This document shows, one piece after another, positions 1-11,339 of a stretch of DNA of 64,000 nt; the first letter of the stretch is position 1, and each line of letters starts with the position of its first letter. Position numbers and translations under genes: made by a program. The notes beneath the pieces were generated by a model, which saw only the letters and a program-made list of their open reading frames with translations, ran no database searches and was not told where the DNA came from. The DNA is taken from NCBI GenBank assembly GCA_028534125.1, contig CM052818.1, positions 13,952,001-14,016,000 on the forward strand, written 5' to 3'. The DNA comes from Lama glama (taxonomy: Eukaryota).

Positions 1-374
1 GTGTCTTTTCTGATTAGTCAGAGACCATATCTTGTATATAAGTCAGTAAATATAGGTTAATCAATTCATGGAGAAGAGTATTTGAATACCTGATTGAATG
101 AAATAGATGAGTGAGTTATGAAATGCTGCTGTATAAATAGCTTTACCTTAGTGGAGGCCAGACTGAATGACCATAAATCGTAAATTTCTACCTCTTCTCC
201 AGGGAAAATTTTAAAAATATTTGACTTCATTGATATTGAATTATATCTGCTGTTCCTTGCTTCATCTTTTATCATTTCTCTTTGTCTCTCTCCCTTTGTC
301 TCTTTATGTATGTATGCATGTATGTATATATACACACATACTGTTCACACACACATACATATTTATTATTTTGA

Positions 375-585
375 AGGAGCAGTACCATTGATTGAAAGAT
401 CCTGGACTTTGGGGATCAGAACTGTTCTGCTTTAGACTATGTGTATAATTCTGGGAAAATTAACTTCTCTAAGTCTGTTTCCTCACTTGTAATGTGAGAA
501 TAATAACTGACTTATACTGAAAATTAAATGTAGTGATCTAATATATGTAAGTTCCCAGTACAATGAATATGTGTTTAATAAATAC
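375..585. mobile_element. MIR SINE remnant in CLHC1 intron
   Basis: MIR core-like 'ggaaaattaacttctctaagtctgtttcctcacttgtaatgtgagaaataata'; family assigned from memory. Confidence 0.6.
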
Positions 586-791
586 TAGATTACCTTATAT
601 TACTTTTCAGAGTGTAATTATGTTAATAGTAGATCTTGAAAGGCTCTCAAAAATTACTCTGAAAATTACTTCTGTGTGGCCCAAGAAGAATATTTTTATT
701 TTAAAAAATTTAGGAAGTTAACACAAAGTTTATAAATTTAAGAATATGTAAATCATGATTGTAGCTTTAGATTACATCAGTGGTTAGCTAG

Positions 792-870
792 TAGATTAAA
801 CCATATGAAACTGCTTTTCTTTGGAGTCAAAAATGGTCAAATTTAGCCAACTTCATATGGCTCAACCTCT
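792..870. mobile_element. MADE2-like mariner-derived MITE (~80 bp palindromic)
   Basis: Arms 'agattaaaccatatgaaact' and 'aacttcatatggctcaacct' are imperfect reverse complements and resemble the MADE2 TIR AGGTTGAACCATATGAAATTG. Confidence 0.75.
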
Positions 871-1401
871 AGCTACTTGAACTAGCTAATGACTTCTTAA
901 AATCTTCATTTTTGAGTTTCTAAATACTCATATTTTTAGGGAAAAATTATTGAACTCCTTTTCTGTGCAAGGCACAGAAAGAAAAATATTATATTCACTA
1001 GCAGTTGGCCCCCAAATGAGCAACAAGATGTAGACAAACATAATGTAGCATTATATAGAGCCTAGAAATTGGAGGCACCAATTCTAGCAGTTTAAGATGC
1101 AAAAACAGATCCAAAAGATTAAGTGACTGATGGAACTATGATCAGAATTCAGGTTTCCCGATTGTCAGTCTGGCCCTTTTTTATTACACCACATCTCTTT
1201 CCATGACAGTTCTTTGTTAAATTTTTCTTCCTGGTACTCTTTGCATAGGTAGTTTTCCTTTGTGTTTTGCTATGCTGAGCATGATTTTTTTTTTTTTGAT
1301 TGCAGATAGTAATGTTGAAATCATTGAGGGTTTTAGAAGGATTGGAAAAAGAAGTGTTGATTGGCAAGAATAGATATTAGCTAGTTGATGTATCGTATTA
1401 G

Positions 1402-1644
<243 letters not shown>

Positions 1645-2877
1645 TAGAGTAAGATGAAGAAATAGTAATGGGTTATTTAGGGAAAGGATCAAGATTATTA
1701 TGTTTAACTCTGTCTTCCTAAGAGTTCCTTCTTGGCAAGAGTTAACTTGAGTCTATAAATGTAAAAACTAACATGTCAATAATACTCTTTTGGCAAAGTA
1801 TATATTTCTTGAGAGGATTAGGATAAAGAGAGACTCTTTATGAAGCTTCAGGGAAACATCATAATAATTATAATAATTAAGACTACTCTAAAAACTTTAT
1901 GTATATTAACATATGTGTATATATAGTAATTTTTTTGTATGTTTTAGATGGTATTTAGACAAACTTTATATTTTTCACTCCTAAACCAAGTATTTACTCT
2001 GAATCTAACTCTGCAGTGGGATCAAGAATAAGTAATTGGATCTCACTTTTTCCTTTCCTTGCTCTAATTTAATATAAAAACTTGAGCAGACAACTTGATT
2101 TTAAATTAAGAATGAATAGTAAATAACATGAAATATTTGGGAAGATAAATTAGAAATTGTCATTACAGATATCAGATAAAACACTGTATTTGATAGAAAA
2201 ATAATAATCATAGTCATAGAAATCATAGAAATAAAATAATAATAATTACAATATCCTAAATAGAGATCCTCTTTCATCAAGTATTGTAAGTAATGCAGGT
2301 AATAGATAAATGAGTTTCATAAATAGTCCCAAAGAGGGTCACCATACTTGATTTTCAAAAGTAAATAATATCATTAGTTTTCTTTAATAAACAAAATTCT
2401 TCTTTTATTTTCTTTAGAAAAATATTTGTTATGGGGGCCCCATCATTAAGAGGTCTCTGTCTAGAGATAGGATGGAGGTTTTGCCAAAGAATCTTTAAAC
2501 GCTGAGGTTAGCACTAATAGGGTATTTATAAAAGTGTTTAAAGGATCATGAAAACTTGACCTATAAGCCCTCATTTATTTGATAGTTTCTACTGGTATCT
2601 TATAGACTCTGAATAAGGCTGAGTTCACATTCTTAACTTTCTGAGCTCCCTTCTAGCCTTCAATATCTGCTAAACTTACCAAGAAGATGACTGGAGGAGT
2701 AGAGAATGTGAAAAATGGTAGAGGGTTGAATTGAGGCATGAAAAAGTTAGTGGAAAAGCAGGAGGAGAAAGAATTAACACTTGAGTACTTGCCGTGAGCT
2801 CCACTAAGCACTCCACCTTAAAACTATAGGAATCAGGTCTAATAGTAACTGAGTTGAAATGATCTTTCTATTTTTAA

Positions 2878-3138
<261 letters not shown>

Positions 3139-3222
3139 TTCTACATCTTAACCAGTTGAGGGAGCCTGTACAACATTTTGTGTATATTGGTTGGGCAAAC
3201 TGACTTTGTCATAACTAACATA

Positions 3223-3228
3223 AATAAA
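3223..3228 (+). terminator. Candidate proximal polyadenylation signal AATAAA for CLHC1
   Basis: First AATAAA after the stop codon (~85 nt downstream), followed by U/GU-rich 'tgcttcttttgttatg' near 3260. Usage not shown. Confidence 0.4.
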
Positions 3229-3294
3229 TCTAGAGTATGAAGGTCTCAGAAGCAAATCATGCTTCTTTTGTTATGATGACTTTTAGATTTCTTT

Positions 3295-3516
3295 TTTTTT
3301 CCTTAGTAATATTTTCTCTTCTTTATTGTAAGAATACAGTATATGGGACATAAAACATACAGAATATGTGTTAATTGACTTTATGTTATCAGTAAGGCTT
3401 CTGGTCAACAGTAGGCTATTAGTAGTTAAGTTTGGAGTGGTTAAGGTTATGTGCGGATTTTTGACTTCTTGGGGGTTGATGCCCCTAATCCTCATGTTAT
3501 TCAATGGTCAAATGTA
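3295..3516. mobile_element. Tigger2/MER28-like DNA transposon end
   Basis: 'ggtcaacagtaggctattagtagttaagttt...cccctaatcctcatgttattcaatggtcaaatgTA' resembles the reverse complement of the Tigger2 TIR (CAGTTGACCCTTGAACAAC) plus a TA target site. Confidence 0.75.
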
Positions 3517-3524
3517 TTTTTGAA

Positions 3525-3662
3525 CCAAAAGCATCAAGATCATTTGGGAACTTGTTGGAAATGCCAATATTTAGATCCCATTAAAAACAGCTGGGATGGG
3601 GCCCAGCAATCTGTTTAAAGTCTTCAAGGTGATTCTGGTGCACTCTGAAGTTTGAGGAGCAT
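3525..3662. mobile_element. MER5A-like hAT-Charlie MITE
   Basis: 'gggaacttgttggaaatgc...ggggcccagcaatctg...ggtgattctggtgcac...aagtttgagga'. Confidence 0.65.
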
Positions 3663-4853
3663 CCCCAGCCACTCCCTAATGAAGCTAGTCAGACCTTCAC
3701 AGTGACACTGCTCTGGGTCCTTTATAGAAGGCGTCCATTTGAATTTTTCACATTTTTATTTCTTCCTTATTTTTAAAGTTATTCATGTGCCAAAAGATAA
3801 GTTTGCAGTCGGGAGATAGTGCATTGTATAGCGAAAGATTTAAAAAGATTTATTTAAAAAGAAATGAAAAGTAAAAAAAAAAAAGGAAAAGTACATCCTC
3901 AAGAATGGGAGGTGGGCTGATCCAAGGAAAGAAAAAGCCTATATTTGTTCTTGAAATATTTATACCATTGCTTCCTTTTTTTCCATATGGTCATTTTATA
4001 TATTGAATGTTGATAAAATCCAAGAATATAATTTTGTATAAATCTCAGTTTAATTTATCTAAGGGCATAAGTTAATGTCTAGATATATTCCCTTCTGGTG
4101 ATCTAATTTGATAGCAAGAACTGAAGCAGGTGTGAGTGATATTCTATCTGTTGACTGATTTCCCAAATACCAAATGCTATTAGCCTGACTTTTAACAAGA
4201 AAGGCAGGATGTCATTTCAAGGTTAGACTCACTGGCAAAAACCTATAGTACAGTGATTTTGTGCTACTGATTCAAAGATGTGTGCTATGCTTTGGTATAT
4301 AGAAATAGCAAATGTTAGGCTTCTACTATAAAACTTGGGAATTTCAACATGTCCTTATCTAGAGAGAGAACCAGCCAAATTTTGCAAAGATATAGACCTG
4401 AGATACCCGTAGGCATGGAAAATGTCGTAAGAAATGGTTTGGGATGATTTCAAGAGTCTGAATAAATTTTTGATTGAAGACTCAGAGTTCTGTGTCATGG
4501 ACAGGTGTGATATTCAAAATATTTAATGATCAGAATGGCTTGGGCACTAATCAGACAGAACCCAACTAATCAAAACACTTTTCAGCCCTTATGCCTCACC
4601 AGAGCATACCAGCTGCCTTTCAGCCTTGACCATGGAATGTGGTAATAATGACCTACTATTAAAATAAAAGAGCCTAAGTTTTTCCCTCCTAAATTTAAAT
4701 TGAATATAAATTAAAATTTATATTTTATGGTGGAAAGAATGTGAACTTGTTAATCAGACAGTTTCATGTTGAAATTCTAATTCTATCTGTTATTCTTTGT
4801 AAAATATGGACAGTAATACCTCCCCTAAAGATTTATTGTAAGGATTAGTTTTT

Positions 4854-4905
<52 letters not shown>
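4854..4905. repeat. Compound (TA)n(TG)~21 microsatellite
   Basis: Directly visible. Confidence 0.95.
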
Positions 4906-4906
<1 letters not shown>

Positions 4907-5229
4907 TATAAGTATATACTATAATGGAAGAACTTAGTAGAAGATAACTCTTTGATGTAATGGGTCCCAGAAACACATATTCTCTACTTGGTTTGTACTT
5001 ACTGAGTTCCACATATCTATCCATTTGTACTTGTATAATTATCCCTCTTTGGAGTATTTGGTATAACTTACCTTATTGCCTGTATTAAGCTGTCTTGTTT
5101 ACACTAATACTAGGAATGCTAGGCTTACTGTTCAAATTCAGAAGAGTTCTCAATTTTTCCATGTATTGCTAAACACAGTACTGGATAATTATAATTCAGT
5201 TTTCTAAAACGTAATATTTTTTTAAAAAT

Positions 5230-5350
5230 TGGGGGAGGGAAGATAATTAGGTTTATTTATTTATTTATTTTAATGGAAGTACTGGCAGTTGAACCCAGGA
5301 TCTCATGCATGTCTAAGCACGCGGTCTGCCACTGAGCTATACTCTCCCCT
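5230..5350 (-). mobile_element. Camelid tRNA-derived SINE (Vic-1-like) with TSD
   Basis: Reverse complement starts aggggagagtatagctcagtggcaga (A box) and contains gggttcaactgcc (B-box-like), with a (TAAA)n tail. TSD-like 'acgtaat(a/g)ttttttaaa' at ~5209-5226 and ~5356-5372. Confidence 0.85.
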
Positions 5351-5559
5351 CTAGCACGTAATGTTTTTTAAAGTAATACTTGTGCACAATTTAAAAAGCA
5401 ATAAAAGTTCATAATATTTTTATATCCTGTCTTCACATTAGCTGTAATTTTTGGAAAGAAAAGATGAAGGATGCGAAAAAGAAAGGGAAGGAGAGAGGTT
5501 ATTTCAGTAGCATTGTTTTTTTTTTTCTTTGGAGGGCTAATGCACTTTTATTACTTTTT

Positions 5560-6205
5560 AATTTTAATTAAAAAATTTTGTAGAGCTTTTAAACATTATT
5601 TTCCATTTACAGTTATTATAAAATATTGGCTATATTTCCTGTGTTGTACAGTACGTCCTTGAGCCTCTCTTACACCCAGTAGTTTATACCTTCCACTTCC
5701 CCATCCTGTATTGCCCCGCCCTATATATCCCCTACACTGATAAACTCTAGTTTATCTGTGTCTGCTTCTTTTATGTTATATTCACTACTTTTATTTTTAA
5801 AATTCCACATATAAGTGATAACATACAGTATTTGTCTCTCTTTGTCTAATTTATTTCACTTAGCATAATGCCCTCCAAGTCCATCCATGTTGCGGCAAAT
5901 CGCAAAATTCTTTTTATGGCTGAGTAGAATTCCATTTTATGTATATATGTATATATATATACATGCACATATATATATACCACATCTTCTTTATCCATAT
6001 TCATTTGTTGATGGACTCTTAGGTTGCTTCCATATCTTGACAGTGGTAAATAATGCTGCTATGAACACTGGGGTGCATGTATCTTTTTGAGTTAGTGTTT
6101 TTGTTTTTTTCAGATATATATCCAGAAGTAGAATTGCTAAATCATATGTTAATTTTATTTTTAGTGTTTTTGAGAAACCTCCATACTGTTTTTCACAGTG
6201 GCCTC
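5560..6205 (-). mobile_element. 5'-truncated L1 (artiodactyl-type 3' end)
   Basis: Antisense L1 3' sequence: 'ccacatataagtgata...tttcacttagcataatgccctccaagtccatccatgttgc...gctgctatgaacactggggtgcatgtatct'. Confidence 0.9.
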
Positions 6206-6505
6206 AATTGCATTGATTCTTAACGTATCAGCAACTTAACACCTTTTTTTCTGTGATATTTGTATGATTGATAAAAAGCTACTATGTTTCCCTTTACAGA
6301 ATTTGGAAAAAAATGAGTTCATGAAAGCCAGGAGGATGAAGTAGGTATATAAATCTGGAAAAAGCTTGAAACAGCAGCTGTTGTTGTTTGCTTTTGGTTT
6401 TGCTAATTTTGCTTTGATTTTAAAATGATTTTCCTCCACTCACTATTATTCTTTGTTAGCATTCCATTTGGCAGTTTTCCCAAGGAAAGTGAAATTTGTC
6501 AAGTG

Positions 6506-6750
6506 AATATAAATTAAAATGCCTGGAGACGGAGTTGGGAAAGGAAGAGCAAGAATATAGTCAGGGGGGTATAAAATCAATAAACAACAAGATCCTACTG
6601 TGTAGCACAGGAAACTGTATTCAATATCTTGTAATAACCTATAATGGAAAAGAATATGAAAAAGAATATCTATATATCTGAATTACTTTACACCAGAAAC
6701 TAACATAACATTGTAAATCAACTATTCATTAATAAAAATAAATAAATAAA
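6506..6750 (+). mobile_element. L1 3' end with A-rich tail
   Basis: 'aacaacaagatcctactgtgtagcacaggaaactgtattcaatatcttgtaataacctataatggaaaagaat...cattgtaaatcaacta' plus (TAAA)n. Possible TSD 'gtcaagtg' at 6498-6505 and 6751-6758. Confidence 0.85.
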
Positions 6751-7124
6751 GTCAAGTGGGGGAAGAAGTTTAGTTGGGAGCTATACAGGGCTTGGAAGTG
6801 GTAAGAACCTCCCTATAAGCTGCACTGAAGAAGATCCAACATGAGCCTCGTGGCATCTCTACCACAATCTAGCTTTGTGTCCTTTTCCTCATGAGCTTAT
6901 TTTGTCAGGATAATTCCTCTGGTCATTTATAAGTCAAAAATTTAGTAATTTCGCAGAGATACAAATGATTTCCCAGTGCTTTGTGACCTGCCTAAATTTT
7001 AAATACCAAGACTCAATCTCAGTGTCAACAGCACATTCTGAATACCTGTTTCATGTTTGGTCTCTGCTGCCAAGATTACAACTTCATTGGGAAGATACAG
7101 CATATTTAAAAAATAGCTAACAGT

Positions 7125-7520
7125 AATTCCTTATCGTATCATTTAATATCCAGTCTGTATTCAAATTTTACCAATTGCTAAAGAATGCCTTTTTACAGCT
7201 GAGTTCCAGTTAGGCTCTCACCAAGGTTCATGTGTTCTCTTTGGTGGTTGTGTCTCTGCATCTAGGGTATTCCTCCTCCCCTCTCTGTTTTTCTCTCTTC
7301 CCATGGGCTGGTTGGACTGCTTGTTGTTACTGGGAGTGTTCCACATTTTAGGTTTGTCTGGTTGCTTCCTTATGGTATTTTTTAACTTGTTTTTCTATTT
7401 GCCATATTTTCTATAAATGGAAGTTAGCTCTAAGGACTTGACTAAACTTAGGTTCAAGTATTTTGGCAAGGGTACTTCATAGGTGATGTGAAGTATTTCA
7501 TATTTCATCATATTATTATG
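7125..7520 (-). mobile_element. Ancient L1 (L1ME/L1MC-type) 3' fragment
   Basis: 'atatccagtctgtattcaaattt...ttccacattttaggtttgtctggttgcttcctt...ttttggcaagggtacttcataggtgatg'. Confidence 0.55.
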
Positions 7521-7933
7521 CACGAAATGGTTGTCTCAGGTCTTTGCTTTTTGCGATAAAGTCTAAAGTCCTTAACGCGGACTAAAAAACTCTGCATAAT
7601 CAGAATTCCAGCTGCCTCTCATCTACCATATTACTCATTACTTTGAGCCAGACACTTGCCTTTTTCTGTTCCTCTTGTAAGGGGCTTGAAAATAAGCCAT
7701 TTCTTTTACCTGGAAGGCTCATCCCTTTTTTTCACCTAGTTAATAATTTCTTTTACTTCAGGTCTTACCTTAGTTAAAAATTCCTCAGGGAACCCTTTTA
7801 TGACTTCCTTGATTATGTGACTTTCCTCTTTTCTAGGCTGTTTATTGCCATTATCATGGTTGTAGTCAGGGACAATAGGTTTTATTGATCCTAGGACACT
7901 TGTTTAAGGTGTGGGAAGTGGGGGAGGATTACT

Positions 7934-8345
7934 GTGTTAGTTTTCTAGGGCTGCTGTAACAAAGTACCACAAACTGAGTGGCTCAACCACAGAAATTGAT
8001 CGTGTCACAGTTCTGGAGGCCAGAAGTCTGAGATCGAGTGTCGGCAGGGTTGTTTCCTATGGAGGACTGTACAGGAATAATCGGTTCCAGGCCTCTGCCT
8101 CTCTCCTTGGCTTAAAGGTGGCAATCTTCTCTGTATCTCTTAATGCCATCTTCCCTCTGTACATGTCTGCGTCCAAATTTGCTCTTCTTACATGTACACC
8201 AGTCACGTTAGATTAGGACCCACCCTAATGACTTCATTTTAACTTTGTAAAGACCCTGTTTCCAAATAAGGTCACATTTTAAGGTACTGGGGATTAGGGC
8301 TGCAGCATGTGAATTTTGGGAGAACACACAATTCAACCCATAACA
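7934..8345 (-). mobile_element. MLT1 (ERVL-MaLR) solo LTR
   Basis: 'tgtgttagttttctagggctgctgtaacaaagtaccacaaactg...cagttctggaggccagaagtctgagatc...tttccaaataaggtcacatt...attcaacccataaca'. Confidence 0.9.
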
Positions 8346-8474
8346 GTTACCATTATATCAGCAAAATCATACACAGTACTGGGTACAAAGTAAATTTCAA
8401 TACTTAATACCAGGCTGGACCCAGTATCTTTCAGATTTAATGCTGATCTAGTGAATTAGTTGTACTTTATTTTT

Positions 8475-8875
8475 TTTTTGGTAAATTTTATTGGTATATA
8501 AATATACATCCACTCATTAATATATTCTGAAAAATGCGTAAGTTATAACTGTAGAGCTCAATAATATTTTACAACGTCAACACATTTGGGTAACCAACTC
8601 CCAGATGAAGAAAGAGAACATGCCTGGAATCCTAGAAGCCCCTTTCAGTCACTATTATCCCCCTTCCAAAGAGAGCCACGATCCAGACTTCTCATACCTT
8701 AGATGACTTTTGCCTGAATTTGAATTTTAGATAACTGAAACTGTAGTGCATTTGTTTCTGTGTGTTTGGTTCTTTAGTTCTTTATTGTTTCTGTGATAGT
8801 TATCCATGTCATGTGCAGTTGTAGGTATTCATTCTCATTGCTAGTTAGTATCCCACTGTGTAAGTAGACCACAGT
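8475..8875 (-). mobile_element. Ancient L1ME-type 3' fragment
   Basis: 'gtaaccaactcccagatgaagaaagagaacat...ctagaagcccc...ttatccatgt...attcattctcattgct'. Confidence 0.6.
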
Positions 8876-10494
8876 CCCAAACAAAAGTCTGCTCTCCAGT
8901 ATCTATAGAACCTTGGTCCTACTGTGTGAGATGACTGAGATGTTTCACAATCAGACATAGGGAGATCTAGGGACTTTTTCAAAGGAGCAATTGTGGTAGG
9001 CTCCAGGCAATTTTGTCATGCAGGATTATGGACTCAAAATTACCATATCAGAAGCTGGAAGTGTAGATTTGATGAGAGCAGTCTTGATTTTCAGAGGACC
9101 ATGTAGGCCAAATAGAACACATCTACAGACCAAACTTGACCTACAGGCCACCAATTTAACACCTTTTTCCTAAACTCAGGAGGCCAGATTGAATTTCTTG
9201 TTTCCATTAACTTTGAAGCCTTTGGGGTAGATAAAGGAAGTAAAGTTCTACCATGTTTTCTCATTCAGGAAAAGCTGCTGCAGAATGCCTAATTTACTAA
9301 TGGCAACAGAAGGCAGGATTCTTTAACCTACAAGGTAGAGCTATTGCATGTATCACAGATCCAGAATGGAGGCCATTTTGATTTCTAACACAGAGGAATT
9401 TGGAAAGCAGCATTGATGTAATTTGTGTGTAGAAAAAGGAAATGTTACGTGCTTAAGTAAATTTGACACCTTTTCCTCTCACGATAAAGAATTAATCCAT
9501 CAGTATCCTTCTTTGACTGTATTGCCATAAGAATGACAAAAAGACAGTAATGCCATTTTGAAAGAAAAGCTACTAAGATAAATTTTGAAGAGTTTCCTAA
9601 ATGGACCCTTGTTTCTATTCAATTAACTCTTCTGTGGAAATTTCACTGTGGCTGTGGGAGGCTGCCATTATCATGTTGTATTAGCAAACTGCCTTCAGGA
9701 ATAATCACAACCATGCATTTTCAGTCCTCCATTGAGTGCAAACTCAACCTTCGAGCTCCCACGTATATTACTGCATTAAGGCCACTAAGGAGGACCCACC
9801 TTTTTCATCCAGGTAACAGTTGTGGGAGTTAAATTCTGTTATCTTATCTTCTTGGATCAGATCATACAGTGCCATTATAAATTGGGCCAGCTTTAGTTGG
9901 ATTTGTACTTAACATGAAGTGCATATCACCCTTGAGCTCTTTGGTTATATACAGATCGAGATGTCTATACATTTTGGAAGCAGCCCTCTCTAATGGGCTG
10001 AATTATCAAAGATCTTTGCTTAAAGATCTAGGCATTTATGAGTTAACAGTCATGGGGTTTGAACTGCAGGTGTTGACTAGAGAGCAAACAGTTCTGCATG
10101 TAAAGTTTGCAGACTGTTCTTGCACAGCTTCTCTGGGGTGAACACTTTTATTGATCGGTTCTTGAATATAACACCCAGAAACAGGTTTGCACTGACACGA
10201 GGATCAATAATGAGAGTGGAAAAACATTAACAGATTCCAGTGGCAGTAAATGAAAGCATATAAAGTACAAAGACTTTTCTTTGGGTAGGATTTACTAGAA
10301 TATAATACAAATTAGATCAGTAGATGGCGATAGAAATGCCGTTAAGACTTTCACCTCTGCTTCAGTGAATTGAATTGTTTTTATGGGGAAGAAGTGAGGC
10401 TAGGCTGGTCCTGTTGTTGCATGTCACATTTTTTAAATATAGCATTCTGTTGGCAAACTTGAGTAATTTGAAAACCACTCTGTTTTTTCCTAAT

Positions 10495-10790
10495 TTTTTT
10501 ATTGTGGTAAAATCCACATAACAGAATTTACCATCTTAACCATTTTAAAGTATCCAGTTTAGTGGTATTAAATACATTTGTAATGTGCTACCATTACCAC
10601 CATCCATCTCCGTAACTCTTTTCCTATTGTAAAACTGAAACTCTATACATATTAAACAATAACTTCCCATTCTTCCTTCCCCCAGCCCCTGGCAACCATT
10701 ATACTTTCCGTCTCTATGATTTTTGACTAAGTACCTCATATAAATGGAATCAGACAGTATTTGTCTTTTTGTGACTGGCTTATTTCACTT
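10495..10790 (-). mobile_element. L1MB-like 3' end (antisense)
   Basis: 'ttttttattgtggtaaaat...aatttaccatcttaaccattttaaag...cccagcccctggcaaccat...gactggcttatttcactt'. Confidence 0.85.
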
Positions 10791-10796
10791 CGAATG

Positions 10797-11338
10797 AAAA
10801 TTTAAAATAAAATTACCATATAATCCAGCAATTCCACTTTTGGGTATATGCCCAAAAGACTTGAAAGCACGGTCTTGAAGAGATACTTGTACATCCATGA
10901 TCTGGAAATAGCACAGGTATCCATCGGCCAATAAATGGATGAGCAAAGTGTGGTATACATGTACAAAATAATATTCAGCCTTATAAAGGAAGAAAATTCT
11001 GACATAGGCTACAACATGAATGAAACTTGAAGACACTATACTAAGTTAAATAAGCCAGTCACAAAAAGATACTATATGATTCCATTTATATGAAATACTC
11101 AGTAGTCAAAATCATACATATGGAAAGTAAAATGGTGGTTGCTAGGTGCTAGAGGGAGGGCAGAAAGAGGAGTTATTTTTTAATGGGTATAGAGTTCCAG
11201 TTTTACAAGATGAAACAGTTATAGTGATAGGTGGTAGGCATGGTAACACATTATGAATGTATTACTAAACTGGACACTTAAAATGGTCACGATGGTAAGT
11301 TTTGTTACGTGTATTTTACTGCAATTAAAAAAAAAAAA
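10797..11338 (+). mobile_element. L1MB-like 3' end (sense) with poly(A)
   Basis: 'aattaccatataatccagcaattccacttttgggtatatgcccaaaag...aataagccagtcacaaaaag...aaaatggtcacgatggtaagttttg' followed by an A run. Confidence 0.85.
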
Positions 11339-11339
11339 C

